NCBI GenBank assembly: GCA_964016885.1
Contig: OZ024750.1
Location: 46,314,001 to 46,378,000, forward strand
Direction: 5' to 3'
DNA from: Eledone cirrhosa
Taxonomy: Eukaryota
DNA length: 64,000 bases
Below, piece by piece: positions 38,971 to 51,830 of this stretch. The translations under genes and the position numbers were made by a program. How positions within the stretch are numbered: the stretch's first letter is position 1; each line of letters begins with the position of its first letter. The notes beneath the pieces are model-generated. The model had not been told where the DNA came from, did not search any database, and saw nothing but the letters and a program-made list of their open reading frames with translations.

Positions 38971-41638
38971 TGTGTGTGTGTGTGTATAGATATGTTTATG
39001 TGTATATATATATGTATATGTATATCATTATTGTTGTTGTCGTTATTACTATTGTTGTTATTATTATTATTATTATTGTTATTAATGTATGTGTGTGTGT
39101 GTATATGTGTATGTATATGTGTATATATATATATTATATATATATATATATATTGAAGTTAATATGTCCAGGGATACTAGGTACCCCCAGAAATACATAT
39201 GTTGTCTATGATTCAAGGTTGTTCAATGGTATTAATTTGATACACCAGAACTTTAATATTAAGATAAGCAGAACAAGTAAAATTCAATCGATTTTTTAAA
39301 ATACATTAAAAAATATAATATAATATAATGTATTTTAAAAAATTGATTGAATTTTACTTGTTCTGCTTATCTTAATATATATATATATATATATTTCTTT
39401 TTTTTTTCTTTTTTTATTTATTTATTATTATTATTTTTTTCTCCTCGTGCAATGGCCATACTCGATAACGAGGGGGCAGCCATCATGTATGTATGTATGT
39501 ATGTATGTATGTATGTATGTGTGTGTGTGAGTGTGTGTGTGTGTGTGTATGTGTGTATGTGTGTGTGACGTGTGTGTGTGTGTGGTGTGTGTATGTGTTT
39601 ATGTACGTATGTGTGTGTGTATATGTGTGTATGTGTGTGTGTGATATAGAGAGATAGAGAGAGTGGGGGGAGGTATACAGATATAGAGAGATAGAGAGAG
39701 TGGGGGGAGGTATACAGATATAGAGATAGAGAGAGTGAGAGGGAGGATAGCAATAGAGAGTGGGGGGATATACAGATATATAGAGAGAGAGATAAAGAGA
39801 GAGGGGGTATACAGATATAGATATATAGAGAGAGGGGAGATATACAGATATAGAGAGAGTGGAGGGGGGATAGAAATAGAGAGAGGGAGGGATATATACA
39901 GATATATATTGAAAGTGTTAAAGAGAGAGGGAGAGATATACAGATATAGAGAGAGATAGAGAGAGATATAAAGAGATAGAGAGAGAGCGAGACATAAATA
40001 GAGAGAGGGAGGGAGATATACAGATATAGAGTGAGTTAGAGAGAGTGGGGGTAGAAATAGAGAGAGAGGGGGGTGATATACAGATATATAGAGAGGGATT
40101 GAGAGAGAGAGGGATAGAAATAAAGAGAGGGAGATAGTAATAGAGAGATAGTAATATATAGAGAGATAGAACTAGAGAGGGTGAGAGTGAAATAGGGATA
40201 GAGATAGAGAGAGAGAGAAAGAATGAATTTGTGTATATATCAGCGCAGTTTAGTAAATATGTATATACACATTCATATATGTATTTGTACGTCTGTAAAT
40301 GGAGACAAACAAACTAATATATCCGAGAGTGTAAATACATATATTTATGTTTTTGTTAGAGAAAATGTCGGGGATAGTTTAGCAATGACTTCATTTAAGA
40401 AATACGACAAAGTGACGACTGAATAGAAAGTTAACAAGATATATTACTTCTGTTACAAAAGATCTGTTGTTAATGAGTACAGACCTCAAGATGTCGTCTG
40501 ACTTATTTCACTAAGTTTACATCACTAAATACCCGTGAGAAAGGTATGTATGTCTCATATTTCATTAGTGCATTCATGTTCTACATAACCGGAAATAAAC
40601 CAGAGTTTGAAAATGATAGACACCAGTCCTTAAAGACATATAAAAATTCATGTCAACTCCAGACATAACACGAATAGAAGCCGGAAGAGCTTTAAATAAA
40701 GGTTGACCTCCTAGATATAGCAGGCAACCCCCCTTACAATATATACCCTACCTTCTTAAATTAAAATAAAAGATATATTGGACAATGTACTGTATATTTT
40801 GAAATACAAAACTCATCCTTATTCTGAAGAAAATATGTTTAGAGAAAAGGGTAATGGCTTCTGTATAGTACCCCCCCCCCACACACACACACATACGTAC
40901 ACACACACAGATACATACACACACACACACACAGACCCACACATATACGTGTGAGGGGGATGCAGTAAAACTGGCAACATATGTAATTAAAACCAGGCAC
41001 AAACACAGGGACGGATGATAGGACGACGATAATGTTTATAACCAGTACACAATTTGCAATATGACTAAGGAATTATCTTGCTAATGTTACAATTTTTGTA
41101 TCATCTCTATGCCATCTCACCCTTGTGTCCCTGTCTGGTTTGAATTGTATATGTGGCCAAATTTCCAATATTACCTCTAACGTACGCGGTTCCGTTCTCG
41201 TATTGTTGAATTGCTTACGATACACACGCATGCATGTACCTGTCTGTGCATGTATGTATGTGCTCGAGTTACATAATTATCGTGCTCGGTGCTCGAGTTA
41301 CATAATTATTACATAATTATTGGAAATCTCAAAATGCGGACGAAACCATGGTAGAGGTTTTAAATGTATTCTATTTTATCCTAGGTTACACCTAATTCTG
41401 TTTAATTGACTGTATCTGGGCGATTACGCTGTCGAAATATTCGATAAATATTCCGTTGCGGCCGACGCGAAGGGCTAGTTTCGGTTATTTGTTGGAGATT
41501 TCTTCATAGAAGCCTCATTCTTATAGCCTGGTCTATTCGATTTTTTTATATAGTTAATTATGCTAATTGGGAGAGGAAATGGTATATATTTTATCTTGTG
41601 ATTCTATAGACATGTTTTATGATATATATATATATATA

Positions 41639-42103
41639 TACGATATTAAACAAAGGGAAACTACATTTATAAAACCATATTTATTTCATTATATATATTT
41701 CAGGGATATCATATTAAAAATATGGTATGCCCTCTTCAGACAAAATACAATATATAAACAATTTTATAAATAAATTTGACATACCTTGAAAAATGTACAA
41801 CTTCCATTTAAAAAGTTGTTATGGTATCTACCATAACAACTTTTTAAATGGAAGTTGTAAATTTTTCAAGGTATGTCAAATTTATTTATAAAACTGTTTA
41901 TATATTGTATTTTGTCTGAAGAGGGCATACCATATTTTTAATATGATATCCCTGAAATATATATAATGAAATAAATATGGTTTTATAAATGTAGTTTCCC
42001 TTTGTTTAATATCGTAAAATACTCTAAAATCTGTTGAGTGCTTTTATATCAGTTATAAAATATTTACTCGTTGTAACCCAACAATTTTAAATAAAATTTT
42101 TGC

Positions 42104-42105
<2 letters not shown>
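41639..42105. repeat. Fold-back with ~188-bp near-perfect arms plus tail; related copies at 21505-21732 and 42155-42550
   Basis: 41639-41826 pairs with 41829-42016 around a 2-nt loop; (TA)n flanks. Confidence 0.95.
41908..41973 (+). ncRNA. Hammerhead motif in fold-back (mirror copy ~41682-41747 on minus)
   Basis: TATTTTGT-CTGAAGA-GGGCATACCATA..TATGATATCCCT-GAAA-TATATA-TA-ATGAAATA. Confidence 0.78.
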
Positions 42106-42158
<53 letters not shown>

Positions 42159-42353
42159 GAGGTTATATTTAATTTGTTGGGATTCAACAAGCTTAAACAT
42201 TTTTATAACTGATATAAAGCACTCAACAGGTGGTGGAGTAAATACACAATAAATATTGTATATATATACAATATGACTATCCGGGTGCTTCCAACAGCAA
42301 TGGTTGCATTCTTTAAGGGTATGTCAATATTTATTTATAAAACTGATATATTA

Positions 42354-42418
42354 TATTTTATCTGATGAAAGCACACCATAATTTAATTTGGTGTCCTTGA
42401 AATATGTATAATGAAATA
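42354..42418 (+). ncRNA. Hammerhead motif, family of 41908
   Basis: TATTTTAT-CTGATGA-AAGCACACCA..TGGTGTCCTT-GAAA-TATGTA-TA-ATGAAATA. Stem II co-varies with other copies (CACCA/TGGTG versus TACCA/TGGTA). Confidence 0.8.
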
Positions 42419-42548
42419 GATATGGTTTTATAAATATAGCTTCCATTTGTTAATATCGTATTTTTACTCCAAATATTTGTTGAGTGCTTTATATCAGTTA
42501 TATAAATATTTGCTTGTTGTATCCCAACAATTTAAATATAACTTTTAC

Positions 42549-42605
<57 letters not shown>

Positions 42606-42859
42606 GGCTAATCTTTCGTCTGTTTATCACAGGCTGATCAGGCGAAACTCCAGAGTAACAAGACTCAGTATTTAGCCTCAATAAAATGAATATTTAAATT
42701 CGACTTCGGTATTGAGGAATCTTTTCTGTAAGCCGCCAACAACATACTGATATATATATATATATATATATAGAAAACAACGCACACACACATAACTACA
42801 ACAACAACAACACATACACAATGCATACTATGCCTTCCACCACAATACACATCACAACA

Positions 42860-44703
42860 ATAACAGACACACAGACACAGGTAACAGATTAAAAAACGAC
42901 AGCGACACAGAGCTAAGGGAGAGTAATAACAATGAGAGAGGCAGAGAAACTGGGACCCATGGTAATGACAAGGGAAATAAGCAGAACGAACTCACAAACA
43001 AACAAAATAGATTAGAAAATAACAATGACACAGAGAGAATGGACAGGAGAAACAATGAGAAGCATAGAAGCAACCGTGAAGCTGTTGGTCGAAATAGAGA
43101 CAACACAATTGATACTAACAACATAATAAACAATATACCCTGGAATTCCACCTTCTATGATCTATCTGATAAGTTCTTTGACATGCGAAGCATTTACGCT
43201 ACGATGCTTTCGTTCAACAAACGAGCGTGACTACCGTCACAAGCTGATGACCAGACGGAGGCAGAATTCACAATTGCCAGAACTAATCTTAAACAGAATC
43301 TAAAACACCATAGCAGGAAACTTAATAGAATGTAGGTGCAGCAACTGGGGGGGGGGGGGGCGATCCGCAAATGGCTTACGCAAGCTCATGCAGCGCTCAC
43401 GAAATGGAGAGATTGCTTGCTTTCCAACAGACAAGACTGGCCGAATGTTATTTGACAGTCTACCAAAACTATATTCAGGCAATGCAACCCCACATCATCA
43501 ACACAAAATAGTGATGAGGTACGTATCCCGCATGTGCAGTCCTAAAGACTTAGAGAGACACATACAACACTTCATCCCCCGCATACTGTTCTTTGGCTAC
43601 AATCAGAGAGGCAAGATCAGGGTATATACAGGAGACAGGACCAAATGGGCAAAGATTGTAGAAAATTATGCAAATGGGACTTGCCCCATGTATAGGAGCA
43701 AATTTTGGAATAGAATAGAAAGAATTAAGAAAAAGGCAAAATGAATCAATTCATGGTATAATAACAATAAATACCAGAATGTAATGTTCCTTAACACAAT
43801 CCCTAGAGCCGAACTACCTTACAAAATTAGAAGGGCCCCAGACAAGCTCAAGTTAAACATTAAGACAGTTGAAAGACCAGGTATGCCCATAAAAACGCTA
43901 ATTAGTAAAGTATATCCATTTCAAAGAACGCCTTGCACTGATAGGAAATGCATAGTCTGCAAGCTAAGCCCGCAAACTAACTGCATAACTAGAAACGTAA
44001 TATATAGCATAAGATGTACCGAGAAACAGTGTAGGAATAAGAACATAACATACATAGCTGATACAGTCTGTAGCATAGGATGAATGATAGGTGAACACTG
44101 GCGAAAACTCAAGATGGGTAAAACGAATCAGTACTCCACCAACATGCTAACATAGATCATAGAGGCACACTGGAGAACGTAGAAATAAAAATTATATCCA
44201 CACACAGAAAGATGCAATGTTAAGACAAATCACAGAGGCAACAAATATAAACGAACTCTAACCAAAATTAAACAGAAAACATGAGTTATTAAGGACAAAC
44301 TGAAAACATACAGACACACAAAAACGAATCTAATAAAACAAATCAGATACACATAGATAGAACAAACAACCATCTAGTGACAAGTAAATAAACACATAAA
44401 TAAATAAAAAAACTTACACACACACCCGGATTTAACGCATGCGCAAACCAAGTGCACATCACACAACACACAAAAGCAAGATGGTGTAGGACAAAACAAA
44501 GGAGAGACACACAAAATATGAACCTAGTCACTGAGAAGGTCACAGAATGTGTGACGAAAGAGCTTTGACAATATATCAATAACAATCCGGTTATTGAAAT
44601 AACCAAGCAAGCAAGCAACCAACCAACCGGAAATTTATAGTCAATTGAAGTGAAAACCAATCGATGCGTGTGTTTTTATTGGCAGCATGACCCTCCGAAA
44701 GTG

Positions 44704-44705
<2 letters not shown>
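42860..44705 (+). mobile_element. Penelope-like element fragment (Neptune-like; RT thumb, Cys-rich linker, GIY-YIG, 3' pLTR)
   Basis: Broken frames: PTDKTGR, GYNQRGKIRV, YRSKFWNRIER, PCTDRKCIVCK..NCITRNVIYSIRC..C...YIADT. A degenerate hammerhead-like GTCACTGAGAAGGTCAC..GTGACGAAAGAGCTTTGAC lies at ~44507-44549. Confidence 0.85.
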
Positions 44706-44741
<36 letters not shown>

Positions 44742-44910
44742 GAATATTTTTTCTGTTTCTCCATTGTGATCCTGTCTCTATCTTGTACTCCCGAAGAAGG
44801 AATTAAGCCCGACACGTGAAACTTAATTTCCTCTCTCCAATATAAACTGTGAAATTAATAAGAATTTGTGTACCTCTCTTTCTGTCTCCTTTAACTATAT
44901 ATATTCTATT

Positions 44911-45455
44911 CTAGGGCGGGTAAAATTCCCGAGATCCATGGACGAGTTCTCTCCAGCGTTCTCTGTCCCTCATTATCGCTGCCATGTCCTGCGTCTCCAA
45001 CAGACCAGTGTCTGTCCTTAGGGCATCAACATACGTTAACCTTGGTATTCCTCTTCCAGTGTGTCCATGTAGTGGCTCCCACGGGAGCACTGAGTGCAAT
45101 GTCAACTCTGGATGTCGGTGAGCTTGTCCAGCCAACCTCAGTCTCCTCTGATGGGATGACAGAGTTCTTTGAGATACTGGCTGGAGTGCTCCAGGGAGAT
45201 ACATTGGCTCCCTACCTTTTTATCATCGTAGAGGACTATTGTATGCGCCTTGCACTGGAGAAACACAAGGCTTTACTGTAGCACCGGCTCAGAGCAGGAG
45301 AGTTAAGGCGAAAAAGATATCAGATGCTGAATTTGCCGACGACATAGTTTTGGTGACAAATACAGTGAAGGAGGCAGAGGATTTGATGCAGGAGGTTGAG
45401 ACTGTGTCGATGAGTATGGGGCTGAGAATGAATGAAACTAAAACAAAATATATAC
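44911..45455. mobile_element. RTE insertion with internal inversion
   Basis: Minus 44911-~45150: QRRLRLAG..WEPLHG..GIPRLTYVD..DRERWR. Plus ~45150-45455: GVLQGDTLAPYLF and FADDIVL. Confidence 0.85.
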
Positions 45456-45555
45456 GGATATATATAACGTCTCTGCAAGTTCCTATCATTGCATTGAACT
45501 AAAAAACACCCGAGTAAATGTGTGAAATTCACTCTCATTAATATTACTATTATAC

Positions 45556-45626
<71 letters not shown>

Positions 45627-45854
45627 GTGTGTAGGATGCAAGCAAACTTTGACAACAAATCTTTGCGTAAATAATGTGTCTTACGGGAAAATACGGTAGT
45701 TCTAGTGATACTATGCCTGTAGAGAACAAAGAAAAATGTTTGTTTGTTCGGGCTGCGTGTTCTGAGTCTGTTTAAATTAATCCGAAGTTAAGATTGTTTT
45801 ACATCCTGCAGGGATTGATAACTATTGTACCAATGAATTACTAGAATCAATACT

Positions 45855-45907
<53 letters not shown>

Positions 45908-46059
45908 TTTGTTTTCCTTTGAAGTGAATGTCACATCAAATGTCCATGAAAACGGTTAAAATATATATTTATAATATTGATTAAACGTATCGCTGAATAA
46001 CTCTATAGGTGTATGTTTGTATGTTTCTGTTTAACTCATACCTTCAAGAAATGAGAGTT

Positions 46060-46665
46060 GAACTAAAAGTTACCTCCCTTTCCTTATCTTCACACCGTTG
46101 ATGTCTTAGATCTGCCATTGTAATATACATCTTAGCTAGGAATTCTAAACATGTCGGCGCCCATGCCTTTCTGGGTCTCAACACAGCCAATACCTTCCAG
46201 TGAGAGTGCGAGCTAAGAAAAATGACTTTGACCAAAAATTGACCCCACTACAGAATTTATAATTTATTAATTGACTTAGAAAGTATGGTAGGCTAATTTG
46301 ACCTTTGTGGGGTTTCAACACAGAGCCTAGCGACGTGGAATAAGCATCGTAATATACGGATATTTTAACGACTATGCCAATTCGTAGCCTCTTCTGTCAT
46401 CAGAAACCATAGAACTGTACCAGCAGAGTATCCTTTCTTGTACACTTTATTTGATTCCTCTTAAAGCAAGTTTTCCTTCAACCCAAATAGGCTTCGTAGT
46501 TCACGTACACTAACATTATACATCCCAAAACAGCATGATAGCTTCATTTATTTCTAACATTCAGACTTCCTCTGTATTCAAAGCCCATATCATACTACCT
46601 TGCAACTTCGAAACTTTGTACACAGGCATCTCATACTCTTCGCTTGGAGAGGGAATCTTTTTATT
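46060..46665 (-). mobile_element. Degenerate RTE 3' fragments
   Basis: Remnants resembling F.L..K.R..ACV, W.LN.E.V..LE.NEA.ML.W..NVSV; interrupted. Confidence 0.5.
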
Positions 46666-46684
46666 AAACATATATAACTATTAC

Positions 46685-46814
46685 CATCTTGTGGAATTGG
46701 TAAACGTTCAGTATATATTCCTTCAAGTTTTTGGCATGTCTCGTTTTGGCCACCACATACTCCACAAATATCAATATTTCGTCTTGAGTTCAAATGGTTG
46801 TCGCAGCCAACTTT
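46685..46814 (-). CDS. ADAMTSL5: ADAMTS-like gene, exon C: end of cysteine-rich module
   Basis: Acceptor aaacttag, donor G|gtaata; 130 nt, phase 0 to 1. Translates KVGCDNHLNSRRNIDICGVCGGQNETCQKLEGIYTERLPIPQD (VGCD...D.CGVCGG.N.TC signature). Confidence 0.93.
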
Positions 46815-47120
46815 CTAAGTTTCGATGAAATGAAAGATATAAATAACAATAATTATTATTATAACCACAAGGGATTGTACAACCAAATACAATAAACATT
46901 AAACTCATAGGGGCATGGACGTTATAAAATAGACATATTAATTAGATAAAAAACATGGAATAATTAGAGATTAATTAGTAAAAGATATATAAAATGAAAT
47001 CAATTAGGTTTACCCATCCACACTCAGCTGGGAATCCACTAAATAAGTTGAGTCAGAACTCCCCACATTTCTGGTCACACATCATGAATTATATACTTTA
47101 CAGTGATCACCGAATCCTTC

Positions 47121-47698
47121 CAGAAGCCTTACTTCAGTGACTTTAACCACAAAGGTAACCAAGTTTTCTAAACAGAAGCCTTACTTGAGTGACTTTGTCC
47201 ACAAAGGTAACCAAGTTTTCTGAACAGAAGCCTTACTTGAGTGACTTTGTCCACAAAGGTAACCAAATTTTCTGAACAGAAGCCTTACTTCAGTGACTTT
47301 GTCCACAAAGGTAACCAAGTTTTCTAAACAGAAACCTTACTTGAGTGACTTTGTCCACAAAGGTAACCAAGTTTTCTGAACAGAAACCTTACTTCAGTGA
47401 CTTTGTCCACAAAGGTAACCAAGTTTTCTAAACAGAAACCTTACTTGAGTGACATTGTCCACAAAGGTAACCAAGTTTTCTGAACAGAAGCCTTACTTGA
47501 GTGACTTTGTCCACAAAGGTAACCAAGTTTTCTGAACAGAAGCCTTACTTCAGTGACTTTGTCCACAAAGGTAACCAAGTTTTCTGAACAGAAGCCTTAC
47601 TTCAGTGACTTTGTCCACAAAGGTAACCAAGTTTTCTTAACAGAAGCCTTACTTGAATGACTTTGTCCACAAAGGTAACCAAGTTTTCTGAACAGAAA
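47121..47698. repeat. 52-bp minisatellite, 11 copies
   Basis: Unit cagaagccttactt(c/g)agtgactttgtccacaaaggtaaccaagttttct(g/a)aa. Confidence 0.95.
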
Positions 47699-48238
47699 CA
47701 TTATATTTCTGGATGCAATTCTTTTGTTGTTAAAAGTTATAATATAGCACGCGGGAGCTTTCATTAGCAATTCGTTATCTCGGAGTCCATTCACAACTTA
47801 CGTGGACTTTTCTTCTCCAATTAGTACACTTCGTTAAGCAACCTAATGCTGCTGGTTCTTACAAACATATACTTTAGTGAATTAGAGGTTAGCGTCTAGT
47901 TTTGAAGATTTCTGAGAGAGCTGTTTTTTTTTAATTTCTTCCTTTTCCTGTTTTCGACTGTTATTACTAAAGTGTGTCGGCTTTCCTCAAACTCCATTTC
48001 GTCAACATCATCACCAACGGGGGAGATGGATCTCTTAGGAAGAGGAATTCCAATATCTTTCACGACGCCATGGATAGTCTGACCTCTTCTTCTTCTTCTC
48101 TTTCGTGTATTGAATACATCATTCATTAAAGACACAGCACAAGATTAAAAACAACCCAGGATTGGCGTGTGATATGTTTGACACTCTTCCGATTCAGAGA
48201 ATCCTTTACGGGGTCACTAAAACTACTAGAAATAGCAT

Positions 48239-48288
<50 letters not shown>

Positions 48289-48529
48289 TGATTGAATCTT
48301 TTAAATGATCACATCAAAATGATGTAGTCCGAGATACACAAGTTAGGAATAGTTAAAACTGGAACATATCTAAACAACAACAATGAAGAAAACACCAAGA
48401 GAGACAACACCAACACAACCACTGCTCATGAAATACACAACACATAAAAACAATTCTGTAACAGTTTTGATGATTGTGTTCCGGCATGATCATATTACCC
48501 ACCGTTTACTTTCTAACACAATCACATTC

Positions 48530-48830
48530 TCCAGAGGCAACCTGGTGCAGTATGTATGCAACTAAACCAGGTTCTGCTGCACTTCGGGCTGACGAGGGCA
48601 AACTCTCCAAATATCCGTCGATCTTCAATAGGTTTGCAGTTGAGCCTCTAGCGGTGGAAACGTCTGGTGCACATGGCCCTCGGGCCATCTCCCTACTTAC
48701 CAGCGCAGGCGCGGAGCTGGCTAGCCACTGGTGTGAGCCTCGCGAGTGGAATGGCTCTTTCAGCGCATCTCCCTCACCATCCACCGGGGAAACGCCTTCT
48801 CTATTCTGTCAACCAGAGGGCCGTGAAGCG
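48530..48830 (+). mobile_element. CRE-type RLE 3' fragment
   Basis: Reads GSAALRADEGKLSKY..EPLAVETSGAHGPRA..EPRE, then after a frameshift LFQRISLTIHRGNAFSIL. Confidence 0.75.
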
Positions 48831-50009
48831 GCCAGCACGTAGGGCCCCATTGGCTCATAATAGTGAGAAGTTGGGTGGGCGGGAGACACGGAGGCGATAC
48901 CTAGGCGTTTGGTTCCTCTGTGTTCGGACATGGGGGTACATGTGTGTAATTGAGGGATAATTATCTATTATTTATAGCTGATCAAACGACCTACAAAGAA
49001 CCTACTCCGCAGCATCGCTTTGATTCATGCGTGTGTATTTAATAAGTGTAGAGGTCAACCCGGTTCCATGCAAGACATTTATCATGTTATTAAAACAGAT
49101 TCTTACTAATAGTTTAGATCATTGACCCAGTACACAGACAGGTCGTCTATGGCACACGTGCTACCTCAATCACGTACAAAAAAAATGTCTGTAGTGTATT
49201 TGCATCACGAAGAATCGTTCAATTGTTGTTACTATAAATTGATGTGACTTTGGCTTCTTATGAATGATGTTATTAAGTACATTCTGAAAACTCTCCAATA
49301 TAATCATCGGTTGACTAGATAGCTTTTAAGATGTAAATATAATGATAATTACAAGAATTATAATAGAAGATAAGTCAGCCATTTAAGTAGAAGTGGTGTA
49401 TAGTTGATTTAATCCTCCTCAATACTTGGCTAGCATTTATTTTAAAAAGAACTGAAGGACAATAGCCAGGGATACGTTCTGAATTAATAACGGCTTCTGA
49501 ATTAAGCACAAGGCCAACAATTTGGTTTATTTTATTGACGCCTCTGGATGAAAGATAAAGCAAAATTTAGTCGGATTTCAACACAGAATATAAAGGGCCG
49601 TAACTCTATGCCGTTAAGCATGTTGTTTGAGGCCCTACCTGTACTGTCAATCCAACACCATTACTGTATTAATAGCAAATAACGGAATGGTTTTCGGTCG
49701 TTTTCGACGATGAGTGTTTCAATGGTTGAACCACGTGTCAGTCTTCCGTGAAATTAACGTGCAAGTTGCTAAGAATTCAATAGACAGAGGCACACTTAGA
49801 TAGTTCTGAGGGTAATACAGCGTGAAGGTGTGTGACGCAATCTGTGACACAGCGTGTGGTATATTCTGTGATTAGTGTGTGACATAGTGAGTGACATAGT
49901 GTGTGAACCTGTGTGTGACACAGTGTCTGGCACAGTATGTGAGACACAAAAGAATAAAAAGTAAAAGAAAAAGAAAAAGAATACTTTCTCATTCAAATAG
50001 CATCAATAA

Positions 50010-50915
50010 CTCTCCCATCTCACTCTCACAGACATACATATTACCCCCCCCCCATGCTCTCCCCCATACATCTATACTCCTCCCATCTCACTCACACAGA
50101 CATACATATTACCTCGCCCTATGCTCTCCCCCATACATCTATATTCCTCCCATCTCACTCACACAGACATAGATATATTCCCCTCCCCCCATGCTCTCCC
50201 CCATACATCTATATTCCTCCCATCTCACTCACACAGACATACATATTACCTCGCCCTATGCTCTCCCCCATACATCTATATTCCTCCCATCTCACTCTCA
50301 CAGACATACATATTATACCCCTCCATGCTCTCCTCCATACATCTATATTCCTCCCATCTCACTCACACATACATACATATTACCCCCCACCCATGCTCTC
50401 CCCATACATCTATATTCCTCACATCTCACTTACACAGACATACATATTACCCCCACCTATGCTCTCCCCCATACATCTATATTCCTCCCATCTCACTCAC
50501 ACAGACATACATATTACCCCCCCCACCATGCTCTCCCCCATACATCTATATTCCTCCCATCTCACTCACACATACATACATATTACCCCCCGCCCCCCTA
50601 TGCTCTCCCCCATACATCTATATTCCTCCCATCTCACTCACACAGACATACATATTACACCCCCTCCATACATCTATATTCCTCCGATCTCACTCACACA
50701 GACATACATATATTCCCCTCACCCCATGCTCTCCCCCATACATCTATATTCCTCCCATCTCACTCACACAGACATACATATTATCCCCTCCTCTATGCTC
50801 TCCCCCATACATCTATATTTCTCCCATCTCACTCACACAGACCTACATATTATCTGCCCCCCCCCCCCTATATTCTCCCCCATACATCTCTATTTCTCCC
50901 ATCTCACTCTCACTC
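50010..50915. repeat. ~66-bp C-rich minisatellite, ~14 copies
   Basis: Unit atgctctcccccatacatctatattcctcccatctcactcacacagacatacatattac(c)n. Confidence 0.93.
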
Positions 50916-50994
50916 CTACCAAGATAAGCAACCGCCAATATTAATATACGTCATTGATCCCAGACGTGTGTTTATTGTATATTATTTTACAGAA

Positions 50995-51575
50995 AGGGCG
51001 TAGAGGGTCGGACACCATGCTTTGACGCATAGAGTTACGGCCCTTGCCATTCTGAGTTCAAATCCCGCCGAGGTTAACTTTGCCTTTCATCCTTACGGGA
51101 TCGATAAAATAAAGTACCAGTAATGAACTGGGTATTTGCTGGCCTTGTGCCAAAAGTAGAAACAATTATTTTACAGAAAGGGCGGTGGATTGGCAGTATC
51201 GGCAGAGGGTTGGACGCCATGTATTTCTAGCATAGTTACGTCCCTTTACATTCTGAGTACAAATCCCGCCGAGGTTAACTTTGCCTTTCATACTTACGGG
51301 GTCGATAAAATAAAGTACCAGTAATGTACTGGGTAATTGCTGACCTTGTGCCTAAAAGAGAAACAATTATTAATGTTCGAAAGGGGCGGTGGATTGGCCG
51401 TATTGGTAGAGGGTCGGACACCATGTTTTGACGTATAGAGTTACGGCCCTTGCCTTTCTTTGTTCAAACCCGCCAAGGTTAACTTTGCATTTCATCCTTA
51501 CTGGGTCGATAAAATAAAGTACCAGTAATGCACTGGGTAATTGCTGGCCTTGTGCCTAACGTAGAAACAATCATT
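50995..51575 (+). mobile_element. Three head-to-tail SINE family 1 copies
   Basis: Copies at 50995-51170, 51180-51370 and 51383-51575, with TSDs tattttacagaaa and attaatgttcgaaa. Confidence 0.9.
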
Positions 51576-51699
51576 AATGTTCGAAAAACTAAGATAACAT
51601 TTATTGTATTCAGCCATATAGAGCGATGACTTTTTGTTAGTTATTTGAATATGGTAAAGCCGGCCATTAATCGCTCGTATACATGAAACTGACTGGCCT

Positions 51700-51830
51700 G
51701 TCTGCTGATATGCAAATCTGGCTAATCAGTGGGTCTGCTGATATGCAAATCTGGCTAATCAGTGGGTCTGCTAATATGCAGATCTGACTGATCAGGCAGT
51801 CTGCTAATATGCAAATCGGGCCGATCAGTC
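51700..51830. repeat. 33-bp tandem repeat x4 with octamer motifs
   Basis: ATGCAAAT at 51710, 51743 and 51809; ATGCAGAT at 51776. Confidence 0.85.

Noticed and set aside
44788-44822. CCCGAAGAAGGAATTAAGCCCGACACGTG hammerhead-like remnant
   Set aside because: Both core boxes are mutated; too degenerate to call.
47121-47698. CRISPR-like array
   Set aside because: The units are contiguous with no unique spacers, the context is eukaryotic, and there are no cas genes.
47896-48135. Protein-like ORF (RKRRRRRG...DDVDEMEFEE)
   Set aside because: An in-frame stop lies just upstream, there is no convincing splice acceptor and no recognisable domain.
50054-51003. Three long ORFs in all plus frames
   Set aside because: They arise from a stop-poor minisatellite.
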